Shown here: positions 17,301 through 24,709 of the stretch, piece by piece
Position numbering within the stretch: position 1 is the first letter of the stretch
Layout of the letters: every line of letters begins with the position of its first letter
DNA from: an uncultured Candidatus Sumerlaeota bacterium
GTDB taxonomy: Bacteria; CAYMEV01
Assembly: GCA_964389675.1 (NCBI GenBank)
Contig: CAYMEV010000002.1
Location: 248,001 to 272,709 of the forward strand
Direction of reading: 5' to 3'
DNA: 24,709 nt
Notes under the pieces: generated by a model
What the model was told of the DNA's origin: nothing
Databases searched by the model: none
The model's input: only the letters and a program-made list of their open reading frames with translations
Position numbers and translations under genes: made by a program

Positions 17301-18462
17301 AATGGATATAAAAAATTCAATAAATGGCCACAGGGTCTATATACCCCCGATCCATCCATTCGCAACAAAGCTTATAAGCCATGCATTCAGGGCTTTCTCC
17401 GTGGATGCCGTTCCAATGCTGAAGGAAGATATGCAGACATATCTGCTGGGCAGGTCAAAAGTAAGGGGATCTGAATGCATGCCGGCTGCATCCACTATAG
17501 GGACTTTCATGCATTATTTAAATGGCAACGGCAGCAAACCAGGGCTTCTTTTTATGCCGTGTACAAGCGGCCCATGCAGGTTCGGGCAGTACGCAAGGCT
17601 TCATGACAGCATTATTAAGTCAGATAATATGAAGGCATCCATCTTTTCTCCATCAAGTGAGGATGATTACAGGAGCATAAAAGGCAGGCTTCGCGTACAC
17701 CTTATCAGGAGTGTTATCCTGTCCGACCTCCTGACAAAACTGGGCTGTGCTCTAAGGCCGTATGAGAACAATCCAGGTGATGTTGACTCTATAATAAAAA
17801 GATATATTAATATCCTTTCAGAAGCCCTTGAACAGAAAAAAGGCCTGCTGAAGATACTAAAAGGACTGAAAAATGAGCTGTGTTCACTCGGGATTGACCG
17901 GAATAATCCTAAAAAGCCGCTGATAGGGATTGTCGGCGAGATATATGTCAGGAATTCACCTTTTTCAAATTCCTTTCTCATAAGAAATATAGAAAAAAAC
18001 GGGGGCGAGGCATGGATGACCTCTTCTATTGAATGGCTTTATTACACATCATCACTTTTATATGAGAATAATAAGAGCATGGGGCATTATTTTAAGAACA
18101 GGCTTATAAAAATGTATCTGGCTTATCTTGAGAACAGTATATTCAGTATTTTCTCAGATTTCATAGACCACAGGACTGAGCCTGATATAGATGATATTCT
18201 GCAGGCAGGACAGGAATACATACCCCTTGAGTTTACAGGCGAGACCATCCTGACGGTAGGCAGGGGTGTCCATTTCATAAAGCAGAAAGCGGATATGATT
18301 GTCAATGTCGCTCCGTTCTCATGCATGCCGGGAGCCATCAGCAGTGCAATTTTCAGAAATATTTCCAGGTTTTACGGTGTTCCTATCATATCCATGTTTT
18401 ATGACGGGGAGACAGATTTTAATGACCTGCTGTCCACATATATAAGCAATCTTAATTGTTGA
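14365..18462 (+). CDS. Fused acyl-CoA dehydratase activase-related protein (2x BadF/BcrA ASKHA activase + DUF2229 + HgdD-like reductase); PlsA/Ger-type plasmalogen/ether-lipid synthase architecture
   Basis: Activase 1: GIDAGS, CASGTGAFL, RCAVFAKSD. Activase 2: GVDIGSTSTK, TTGSGR, NEITAH, EIGGQDSK, CAAGTGSF, RCTVF. Then CxxCxNxC, FCYP, FCP, LGRPYN, FSCGPD, TRLEAF, ECMP, GPCRFGQY, GIVGEIYVR, PFSCMP. Start TTG 14365 or ATG 14377. The domain call is firm; the lipid function is inferred. Confidence 0.88.
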   Translation: MQKYMYAGIDAGSISFKIVILKDNGEYHRETIFHRGEPVRVFNGLLERFNLSDELNNMMINGRYGALLSNLHKIALVDPVRALVKNHSGGISRIIDIGASKLCMIELKKGAFQRLNTNSLCASGTGAFLDQQMKRMGIGYKMLKDIRFIENPPSIATRCAVFAKSDLIHRQQQGYSIEMLWNGLVKGMAESAFSTLFRGKSNCGDVMLIGGLTRNKIFIKYLERLLQTSKLSVSPDSCYYQAESNLKYRMLDRGFNKYADIYIIDKKTEAPLKIEKTRGHDHTWEIDCYGNEVDLFSMKKGTDGVYIGVDIGSTSTKLVAADAEGTILFGLYTRTGGKPLEAFKNLLRGIKRLDDEYSLKLRISGFGTTGSGRKLVGKFAGSDLIVNEITAHLKGAIKEYPDVRTIFEIGGQDSKYISAEDGWMKDANMNYVCAAGTGSFIEEQASNLQIKLNDIENICSGVSPPVSSDRCTVFMEQDATQLLINGFTKGEVMASMLYSVCKNYLNRVVQARPVIDPVLFLGATSKNRMLVRAFENILGRKVHTSLYGHITGAIGVTEMLRKNPPSRTKFRGLGISGADVDITETNCSLCNNRCRITIMNINSTGEKISWGYMCGKEPEAKSAKRINSLRYIAKLEGILFPESKKSRNDYRLYYPRALQFFSHFALWRKFFDTLDIDLLPSEPTGQRVASLAREYSISDFCYPLKISIGHIISLIADNRMPVFLPYNIQDTPNPVTKKSHFCPISQGFPSIVKNTLDYNSIHDYQLISPVIDLERNSQHNSDNLYRALHEHFAVSRKDCRKAFDLALEYHQSLNRTKFETALKINNDIRKKNRECIALLGRPYNILDKVLNLDLLKSIGQSGFEIIPGDLLPVRRCDLNPDLGDIYWSYGQHLAACAEFIKKEPGMFAIYLTNFSCGPDSFLLSTIEKIMGRKPFLILELDELGGNAGYITRLEAFYDRIENYTKNPEKNRSGESICLKMDIKNSINGHRVYIPPIHPFATKLISHAFRAFSVDAVPMLKEDMQTYLLGRSKVRGSECMPAASTIGTFMHYLNGNGSKPGLLFMPCTSGPCRFGQYARLHDSIIKSDNMKASIFSPSSEDDYRSIKGRLRVHLIRSVILSDLLTKLGCALRPYENNPGDVDSIIKRYINILSEALEQKKGLLKILKGLKNELCSLGIDRNNPKKPLIGIVGEIYVRNSPFSNSFLIRNIEKNGGEAWMTSSIEWLYYTSSLLYENNKSMGHYFKNRLIKMYLAYLENSIFSIFSDFIDHRTEPDIDDILQAGQEYIPLEFTGETILTVGRGVHFIKQKADMIVNVAPFSCMPGAISSAIFRNISRFYGVPIISMFYDGETDFNDLLSTYISNLNC

Positions 18463-18475
18463 GCGGTATTATAGC

Positions 18476-19984
18476 ATGAAAAAGAGAATAATATATTATC
18501 CGTTTTTGATATTATCGGCCATAATTCTTGGATTATCAAGAGAAAGCCTTATGATGTCCTTTTTTTCATTTATATCAATAATCCCCCTGATATATGTCTG
18601 CAGTTTTGAGAAATCTCTAATGGCCGGTTTTTCATCAGGCCTGGTTTACGGATTTGCATACAATATCATTCAGGTGCACTGGATCATTAATACCATGGTA
18701 AATTATGGAGGTTTATCCATTATCGAAGCCGCCATTGTATTGGCCGTGCTATGCCTTTATTTAGGGCTGTTCTGGGGTATATTCGGAATTATAGTCAATT
18801 ACACTGAAAAAAGAAACTGTCCGTTTTTTATTCTTCCGGGGATATGGGTGATCATTGAATATATAGTTACTTATCTCTTTACAGGGTTTCCATGGACGCT
18901 TGCAGGCTATAATGTCAGCAAAAACCTCATTATTATACAAACCCTTGATATAGGTGGCATATACCTGCTATCTTTTCTTCTGATCAGCATAAATATTCTA
19001 ATATATAATATAATTATGCGCAGGTCGAGGGCCTTAAGTATTATGCTTCTAATATTGATTGTATCATCTGTAAGCATTTATGGATTTTTTCGAATTGGCC
19101 AGCTTAAAAACCGGTATGAAGAAAATAAAAAGAGGGCTGTCCTTATTCAGCCAAATATAGATCAGGGCGAGAAAATGGATTTCAGCCGAAGAACTGCCAT
19201 ATTGAACAGGATGCTGGATTATCTGGATGAGATAGATACAGAAGGCACAGAGCTGGTTGTTTTTCCTGAGACTGCATTCAATACCGGAATAAGGGACAGC
19301 ATATATTTTTATAAAATTTCTGAATGGGTGAGCAGGAATCATATACCTGTCATTACCGGTACCGTCGATCATGTACGCACCAAAGACGCGTGTTTCAGCT
19401 TTAATGCCAGCCTTTTCATAGATATCGACCATTACAGTTTCTACCATAAGAATCATCTTGTACCTTTTGGCGAGTACCTTCCCCTTTCGAATTTCCCGAT
19501 CCTGAAAGAACTGAGGAATATTATACCTGCAGATGTCGACAGGGGAGAAGAAAGGACTTTTTTTATCGATAAGGATGGATTTACCATTATTACCCCTATA
19601 TGCTTTGAAATAATATTCCCTGAAGAGATTGCAGGCTGGGCCAAAGACAAAGCTGACCTTATAATAACCCTGACCAATGATGCATGGTTTGGAAGGACAA
19701 AGGCATCCTTCCAGCACTTTGACAAGGTGGCATATAGAGCTGTTGAGAACAGAATACCATCAATTATGCTGGCTAATACAGGCGTTTCAGGTTTTGTGGA
19801 CATTACTGGAAAAAGATATGGCATGACCGGCATTTTCACAGAATCGGTCGTATATGATGAGATAAATGTACATGAACAGAAAAAGACGATCTGGAACAGG
19901 ATATATCGATATAATCTGTTTTTCTATATTATTCTTACTGCAATTCTGCTATATGCAGGGATAAGAAAAAGAAGCATTGAATAA
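18476..19984 (+). CDS. lnt: Apolipoprotein N-acyltransferase
   Basis: N-terminal TM bundle, TGFPW, IQPNI, catalytic triad in FPE / KNHLVPFGEY / ICFEI, TNDAWFG, RAVEN, ANTGVS. Confidence 0.95.
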   Translation: MKKRIIYYPFLILSAIILGLSRESLMMSFFSFISIIPLIYVCSFEKSLMAGFSSGLVYGFAYNIIQVHWIINTMVNYGGLSIIEAAIVLAVLCLYLGLFWGIFGIIVNYTEKRNCPFFILPGIWVIIEYIVTYLFTGFPWTLAGYNVSKNLIIIQTLDIGGIYLLSFLLISINILIYNIIMRRSRALSIMLLILIVSSVSIYGFFRIGQLKNRYEENKKRAVLIQPNIDQGEKMDFSRRTAILNRMLDYLDEIDTEGTELVVFPETAFNTGIRDSIYFYKISEWVSRNHIPVITGTVDHVRTKDACFSFNASLFIDIDHYSFYHKNHLVPFGEYLPLSNFPILKELRNIIPADVDRGEERTFFIDKDGFTIITPICFEIIFPEEIAGWAKDKADLIITLTNDAWFGRTKASFQHFDKVAYRAVENRIPSIMLANTGVSGFVDITGKRYGMTGIFTESVVYDEINVHEQKKTIWNRIYRYNLFFYIILTAILLYAGIRKRSIE

Positions 19985-20102
19985 ATAGCCTCCGTAACCG
20001 GCCTTCCCTCTGTTGAACCGGCATCTGTCCCCAGGCTTTATATGATCCCGGGTATCCAGGTCTCAGGCGATTTTTCAGAAATTATTTATATCCCAAAATT
20101 TC

Positions 20103-20131
20103 TTGATTCAATATCTGATATATGGTATTAT
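20103..20131 (+). promoter_or_regulatory. Putative sigma70 promoter (extended -10) for ablAB
   Basis: TTGATT (20103-20108), 17-bp spacer, TG-n-TATTAT (TG 20123-20124; -10 at 20126-20131); predicts a TSS near 20138. Confidence 0.7.
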
Positions 20132-20140
20132 TATAAATGA

Positions 20141-20197
20141 TAGAGTTAGGTAAGTGGTTTTTTAGGCATTTTGCCTGGTTTAATGGATATTCTAACT
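20141..20197 (+). ncRNA. Candidate cis-regulatory RNA, Na+ (DUF1646-type) riboswitch-like aptamer
   Basis: Begins just after the predicted TSS. P1 TAGAG/TTCTA encloses TT, P2 AGGTAAGTG/CATTTTGCCT and the GGTTTAATGGATA segment; lies upstream of osmolyte genes. The resemblance to the consensus is from memory, not a covariance search. Confidence 0.5.
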
Positions 20198-20206
20198 AAT
20201 TGGTTT

Positions 20207-20260
20207 TGGGAGATCACCTGCAGCATTAATATGCTGATTCGATCCCATTTCCTTTCTTTT
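20207..20260 (+). terminator. Leader hairpin with T-rich tail (possible attenuator/expression platform)
   Basis: TGGGA(GATC)...CAGCAT-TAAT-ATGCTG...GATCCCA followed by TTTCCTTTCTTTT, upstream of the ablA RBS. Confidence 0.4.
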
Positions 20261-20321
20261 CATTAAATAATCAAAAGAATCCACCTGCCCAGATAAAAAA
20301 ATTATGGAGGTGACGAGACTG

Positions 20322-21656
20322 ATGATTAGCAGATCATTAGCGCTGAATAAGCTTGCAAAAAGGATTGACCCGGATATAGTCAACAAAAACTGGTATGACT
20401 GGAAATGGCATATCAGGCACAGCATAAAGGATATTGAATCATTTGAGAGACTGCTGGATATAAAGTTTTCAAAACAGGAGAGGGAATTTTACCAGAATAC
20501 GTGTAAAAAGTTCCCTATGTCGATTACCCCTTATTATCTATCTTTGATCGATGTCGGGAATTATAAGCATGATCCGGTATTTAAGCAGTCTTTTCCTTCA
20601 CGGGAAGAGCTGATAATAAACAGGTATGATATGAAGGACCCTCTCTCAGAGGATAAAGACAGCCCTGTTGAAGGAGTTACGCACAGGTATCCTGACAGGG
20701 TGCTTTTCCACATATCAAATGTCTGTTCAATGTACTGCAGGCATTGCACCAGGAAAAGGAAGGTCGGGGATATTGATTATATACCCGACAGGAAAACTAT
20801 TAAAAAGGGGTTAAGGTATATAAGGAACACACCGCAGGTCAGGGATGTCCTTCTTTCAGGAGGGGACCCTCTCATGCTCTCGGACGAATATCTTGAATGG
20901 ATTTTACAGGAATTAAAATCTATCCCTCATGTTGAGATAATCAGGATTGGAACCAGAATGCCAGTTGTCCTTCCATACAGGATTACTGATGAACTGGTAG
21001 ACATGCTTAAGAAGTATAATCCACTCTGGCTTAATACTCATTTTAACCATCCGAGAGAGATTACCTCATCATCAAAAACAGCTCTCAGGAAGCTTGCTGA
21101 TGCAGGGATCCCACTTGGAAACCAGTCTGTCCTCCTGGCTGGAATAAATGACTGCCCAAGAATAATGAAGAAACTTGTACATAAACTTGTTCAGAACAGG
21201 GTCAGGCCGTATTATCTGTATCAGTGCGACCTGTCAGAAGGCCTGGAGCATTTCAGGACGCCTGTTGGCAAAGGAATTGAGATTATAGAGAATCTGATAG
21301 GGCATACAACAGGATTTGCAGTTCCGACCTATGTCATTGATGCACCGGGTGGGGGCGGGAAAATCCCCATTATGCCGAATTACCTGATAAGCTGGTCAAC
21401 CAATAAGGTTGTCCTCAGAAATTTCGAGGGGGTAATAACAACATACAAGGAACCTGATTCATATGAGCCCATCTTTTGCGACAGAAAATGCGATGAGTGT
21501 GCACTGCCGCTGAATACTGAGGAAGCAGAAGAATCAAAGGCTATCGGCATAAGCCAGCTTTTATCCGATTATGATAATACCATATCGCTGGTACCCCAGG
21601 ATAATGAAAGGATAGGCCGGAGGGACGATCAGAATGATGACGGGGAATCAGCCTGA
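20322..21656 (+). CDS. ablA: Lysine 2,3-aminomutase (radical SAM/PLP), AblA/KamA type
   Basis: [67 protein letters not shown] (PLP Lys), C-terminal Cys cluster. GGAGGTG RBS (20306-20312) supports ATG 20322 rather than 20304. Confidence 0.95.
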   Translation: MISRSLALNKLAKRIDPDIVNKNWYDWKWHIRHSIKDIESFERLLDIKFSKQEREFYQNTCKKFPMSITPYYLSLIDVGNYKHDPVFKQSFPSREELIINRYDMKDPLSEDKDSPVEGVTHRYPDRVLFHISNVCSMYCRHCTRKRKVGDIDYIPDRKTIKKGLRYIRNTPQVRDVLLSGGDPLMLSDEYLEWILQELKSIPHVEIIRIGTRMPVVLPYRITDELVDMLKKYNPLWLNTHFNHPREITSSSKTALRKLADAGIPLGNQSVLLAGINDCPRIMKKLVHKLVQNRVRPYYLYQCDLSEGLEHFRTPVGKGIEIIENLIGHTTGFAVPTYVIDAPGGGGKIPIMPNYLISWSTNKVVLRNFEGVITTYKEPDSYEPIFCDRKCDECALPLNTEEAEESKAIGISQLLSDYDNTISLVPQDNERIGRRDDQNDDGESA

Positions 21657-22497
21657 CAGTATGGATTATATTACGGAAATAGGAGCTGGAAGCATTATAC
21701 AGCATGGCAGGTATAATGCCAGGATTTATCTGATGAAGCTGTTTTTTGATGATTATCCCTTAATTATCAAGGAAATGGAACGAATAGCTGTGAGGGAAAA
21801 TTATGGGAAAATAGTTGCAAAGATACCTTCATGGGCCTATGACGGTTTTATCAGTTCCGGATACAAAAAAGAGGCTATAATTCCCAGGTATTTCCTGGAT
21901 GGAACAGACCTTTATTTTGTATCAAGGTTTCTTGATAAGAGTAGAAGCAAGGATCCAAGAACAGAGTATTGCGACGATGTGATAGAAACCTCTCTTGCCA
22001 AGGATAAAAACAAAAAAGCAGCCTGCCTGGGCACAAAATATCATTATAAGATCCTGGAAGACAATGATGCTGATGAGATAGCAGCTATATACAGGCAGGT
22101 ATTTAAAACATACCCCTTTCCGATATTTGAGAAAGAATATATCCTTAAAACAATGAGGGATAACCTTATCTATTTCGGGATTTTCAATGGAAACATGCTT
22201 GTATCGGTATCATCCACTGAAATAGATAAGGAAAACAATAGCGTGGAGATGACTGATTTCAGCACACTGCCTGAATACAGGGGAAATGGTTTTGCGGGCT
22301 ATCTTCTTTTTAATATGGAAAATGAAATGAAGAAAAGAAATATCAGGACCTTTTATACTATTGCAAGAAGCATGTCCTACGGTATGAATATAACCTTTGC
22401 AAAAAACAGTTATATCTACAGCGGCAGGCTGATAAACAATACAAACATAAGCGGGAGCATTGAAAGCATGAATATATGGTACAAGGTCATTGTTTAG
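21634..22497 (+). CDS. ablB: Beta-lysine N-acetyltransferase (GNAT)
   Basis: [81 protein letters not shown]; overlaps ablA by 23 bp. Confidence 0.92.
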   Translation: MMTGNQPDSMDYITEIGAGSIIQHGRYNARIYLMKLFFDDYPLIIKEMERIAVRENYGKIVAKIPSWAYDGFISSGYKKEAIIPRYFLDGTDLYFVSRFLDKSRSKDPRTEYCDDVIETSLAKDKNKKAACLGTKYHYKILEDNDADEIAAIYRQVFKTYPFPIFEKEYILKTMRDNLIYFGIFNGNMLVSVSSTEIDKENNSVEMTDFSTLPEYRGNGFAGYLLFNMENEMKKRNIRTFYTIARSMSYGMNITFAKNSYIYSGRLINNTNISGSIESMNIWYKVIV

Positions 22498-22762
22498 CTG
22501 AAAGATTGATCAAAACCCTGTACCACAGGCAAGACTGCCAAGAGACCCATTCAGCATTTCAGCCTTAAATTAGCCAGCTTTAATGTCCCGCAGAATATAA
22601 CTTAAAATATCCAGCCTGAAAAGCTATCAAATACCTGTAAAATAAGTATCGCAGGCATTATTGACCCCTTTAGGGCTAAAAACAGATTTTATTTCTGTTT
22701 TATCCGGTATTATTATATAAAATTAAGATAAGGATTATATACTCTATAAGGGCTGGCCTTAT

Positions 22763-24019
22763 ATGAAACAGAATGTGTTAAGAGACCTGCAATACTATAA
22801 GTTCTGTGCTTATGGTTTTTTAAAGAACTTAAAGTTCTTTGATCCATTTTTTATCCTTTTCCTGATTTATAAGGGACTGCCGTTTATACAGATAGGGCTC
22901 CTTTATTCGCTGAGGGAAGTACTGGTAAATATATTTGAAATTCCTTCGGGGTTTTTTGCCGATGCAATGGGAAGAAAGGGTGCCATGATATTCTCCTTTA
23001 TATCATATATAATATCTTTTGCCGGATTTTATTTCAGCAGGGATTTTTACACGCTTGCCTTTGCCATGGCCTTTTTTGCACTCGGGGACGCCTTCAGGAC
23101 AGGAACTCACAAGGCTATGATATATGAATACCTCAGGATAAAAAATATACAGGACCAGAAAGTGCATTATTACGGGCATACAAGGAGTGCCTCGCTTATA
23201 GGCACAGCTCTTTCAGCCCTTATCGGCAGTGCAATAGTCTTCTATACCAGAAGCCTGGAGACTATTTTTCTCTTCTCAATAATACCATATGTCCTTGGAT
23301 TGCTGCTGATCATGTCATATCCGGGAGCCCTGAATGGCGATATAAAAAAACTGGAGCTGAGGAAGATCATTGACAGGTTTGCACTGATCCTGAGTGAGAT
23401 AAAAAAGGCATTCAGCCGGAGAAAAACCTTTATGACCCTGGCTAATACAAGTATGTTCAGCGGATATTACCAGGCAGGCAAGGATTATATTCAGCCCATA
23501 TTGAAAAGCTTTGCACTGGCTATGCCTGTTTTTTTTAATCTCGAAAATGAACAAAGGACAGCATTGGTCATAGGCACAACATATTTTCTTCTCTATCTGC
23601 TGACATCTATTATAACCCGGAATGCGGGAACCTTTGCTGACAGGATAAAAAAAATATCAGTCTCGCTTAATATTACTTTTATATTAGGATTTACCGGTGG
23701 AATTATATCAGGTATTTTTTATCACTATAATATGTTTTATCTTTCAGTGATATTCTTTATATTAATAATATTTAATGAAAATTTGAGAAGGCCTATAGGT
23801 TTAGGGTACTTTACTGAAATACTTGACAGCAGAATATATGCTACAGCATTATCTGTTGAATCCCAGATGAAAGCATTATTCGCCGCTGGCTTTGCTTTTC
23901 TGCTTGGTTTATTTGCCGAATTGTTTGATGTAGGCATAGCCATTATTATGACAGCAATAATCGGAATACTGCTGTTCCCTGTATTAAGAATCAGATCAGA
24001 TCAATCTGAGAATATATAG
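22763..24019 (+). CDS. MFS transporter
   Basis: About 12 hydrophobic segments; EIPSGFFADAMGRK motif A; GDAFRTGT; second-half FADRI. Confidence 0.88.
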   Translation: MKQNVLRDLQYYKFCAYGFLKNLKFFDPFFILFLIYKGLPFIQIGLLYSLREVLVNIFEIPSGFFADAMGRKGAMIFSFISYIISFAGFYFSRDFYTLAFAMAFFALGDAFRTGTHKAMIYEYLRIKNIQDQKVHYYGHTRSASLIGTALSALIGSAIVFYTRSLETIFLFSIIPYVLGLLLIMSYPGALNGDIKKLELRKIIDRFALILSEIKKAFSRRKTFMTLANTSMFSGYYQAGKDYIQPILKSFALAMPVFFNLENEQRTALVIGTTYFLLYLLTSIITRNAGTFADRIKKISVSLNITFILGFTGGIISGIFYHYNMFYLSVIFFILIIFNENLRRPIGLGYFTEILDSRIYATALSVESQMKALFAAGFAFLLGLFAELFDVGIAIIMTAIIGILLFPVLRIRSDQSENI

Positions 24020-24052
24020 CCTTTTGGCCATGATTATTCTTTAAGGCTGCAG

Positions 24053-24081
24053 AAAAAAAGGCCCTCCTGTGAAGGGGGCCT
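24053..24081 (-). terminator. Rho-independent terminator of the 24104-24607 gene
   Basis: Minus strand AGGCCCCC-TTCACAG-GAGGGCCT (one mismatch) followed by a T run, ~20 bp after the stop; lies between convergent genes. Confidence 0.75.
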
Positions 24082-24103
24082 ATAACTTTCATTTTTTTAC
24101 CGT

Positions 24104-24607
24104 TTACGGGGTAGAAGGGCTTGCCTCATCATCATCTTCCATTATCTTGACTGCAGCAAAAACAACTCCCCCGGTTACACCAGCAATAAGGGCAATCCCA
24201 ACAGGTGAAAGGAAAAATATTCCTGCAGGGCTTGAGTTAAGCATTATATTAAGGTCTATCATCAAAGCTTCTTCACCTACAATAAGCTTCCCCTGAACAA
24301 AGTAGTTCGAAGCTTCTGTGGAATCATCTATTGTATGTTTCCTGTTAAATGATTTTACCCTGACTTTTATTTCGTATTCAGCCGGAGGAACGCTGTCAAT
24401 GAGATAATTACCCGTATCATCAGTATAGTTAGAGAAAAATTCAGTGCCTGCACTGTCAATAAGTATGATCGTTCCGTTTTCTACAGGAGTTTCCCCGTCA
24501 CTGTAAAAGAGAAACCCGGATACCTTTGCAGCAGAGACAGCCGGAACAAGGACAAAAAGATTGACAATACAAAATATGACTAGATATATTAATAGAAAGC
24601 GTTTCAT
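24104..24607 (-). CDS. Secreted protein with carboxypeptidase-regulatory-like (prealbumin-fold) domain and C-terminal hydrophobic anchor
   Basis: Signal peptide MKRFLL...AVSA|A; VSG...DGETPVENGTI...TDDTGNY.I..VPPAEYEI pattern; C-terminal Gly/Ala-rich TM. GGAGG RBS at 24614-24618 (minus strand). Confidence 0.8.
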   Translation of the reverse strand: MKRFLLIYLVIFCIVNLFVLVPAVSAAKVSGFLFYSDGETPVENGTIILIDSAGTEFFSNYTDDTGNYLIDSVPPAEYEIKVRVKSFNRKHTIDDSTEASNYFVQGKLIVGEEALMIDLNIMLNSSPAGIFFLSPVGIALIAGVTGGVVFAAVKIMEDDDEASPSTP

Positions 24608-24642
24608 ATAATTCCTCCCATGGAAATTTACATACTATTCTT

Positions 24643-24671
24643 ATAATATATTACCGGGTATATAATGTCAA
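24643..24671 (-). promoter_or_regulatory. Putative sigma70 promoter for the 24104-24607 gene
   Basis: Minus strand TTGACA (24671-24666), 17-bp spacer, TATTAT (24648-24643). Confidence 0.7.
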
Positions 24672-24709
24672 CACAAATTTTTTTCCGAGCATTAATTAAA
24701 TATGCATAT

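Noticed and set aside
19985-20100. GC-richer patch with AACCGGC twice (~19996, ~20016) after lnt
   Set aside because: Only two 7-mers with divergent flanks and no convincing hairpin or ORF; compatible with chance.
20195-20300. c-di-AMP or lysine riboswitch in the ablA leader (TTTTGGG segment)
   Set aside because: The other conserved elements (GCTGAAT start, GGAAC, CAGCTAAC; lysine AGAGG core) are not present.
20192-20425. 77-aa antisense ORF overlapping the ablA leader
   Set aside because: Mostly antisense to the ablA 5' end, with no recognisable features.
20322-21656. EpmB (EF-P lysylation) or lysine-fermentation kamA interpretation
   Set aside because: The length of ~445 aa with a C-terminal Cys cluster and the overlap with ablB point to the osmolyte pathway; no efp/epmA or kamDE/kdd genes are nearby.
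848-24296. Numerous short alternative-frame and antisense ORFs (e.g. 19064-19717 minus, 217 aa; 13227-13664 minus)
   Set aside because: They lie within or largely overlap well-supported genes, show no recognisable motifs, and are typical shadow ORFs.

Overview
AT-rich, gene-dense chromosomal segment from an apparently anaerobic, diderm bacterium (Fe-S/radical enzymes; lnt present; no T-box before ileS). It holds 17 credible CDS. In order: a PilT/PilU-family ATPase with an unusual C-terminal coiled coil; murB coupled to a B12-dependent radical SAM gene, converging on a MATE / radical SAM-SPASM / FAD-oxidoreductase set; a tightly packed ileS-lspA-lgt-rluD-hybrid kinase operon; a 1365-aa fused activase-reductase with PlsA/Ger (plasmalogen/ether-lipid synthase) architecture 13 bp upstream of lnt; ablA-ablB (N-epsilon-acetyl-beta-lysine osmolyte) behind a clear sigma70 promoter and a ~185-nt structured leader resembling a Na+ (DUF1646) riboswitch; an MFS transporter; and a secreted protein with an unusual C-terminal anchor. 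The best candidate for an undescribed system is the putative ether-lipid synthase sitting within a complete lipoprotein maturation pathway (lgt, lspA, lnt) whose Lgt has divergent motifs. No CRISPR array, tRNA/rRNA or mobile element was seen. All family assignments come from motif recognition by eye; no database searches were run.
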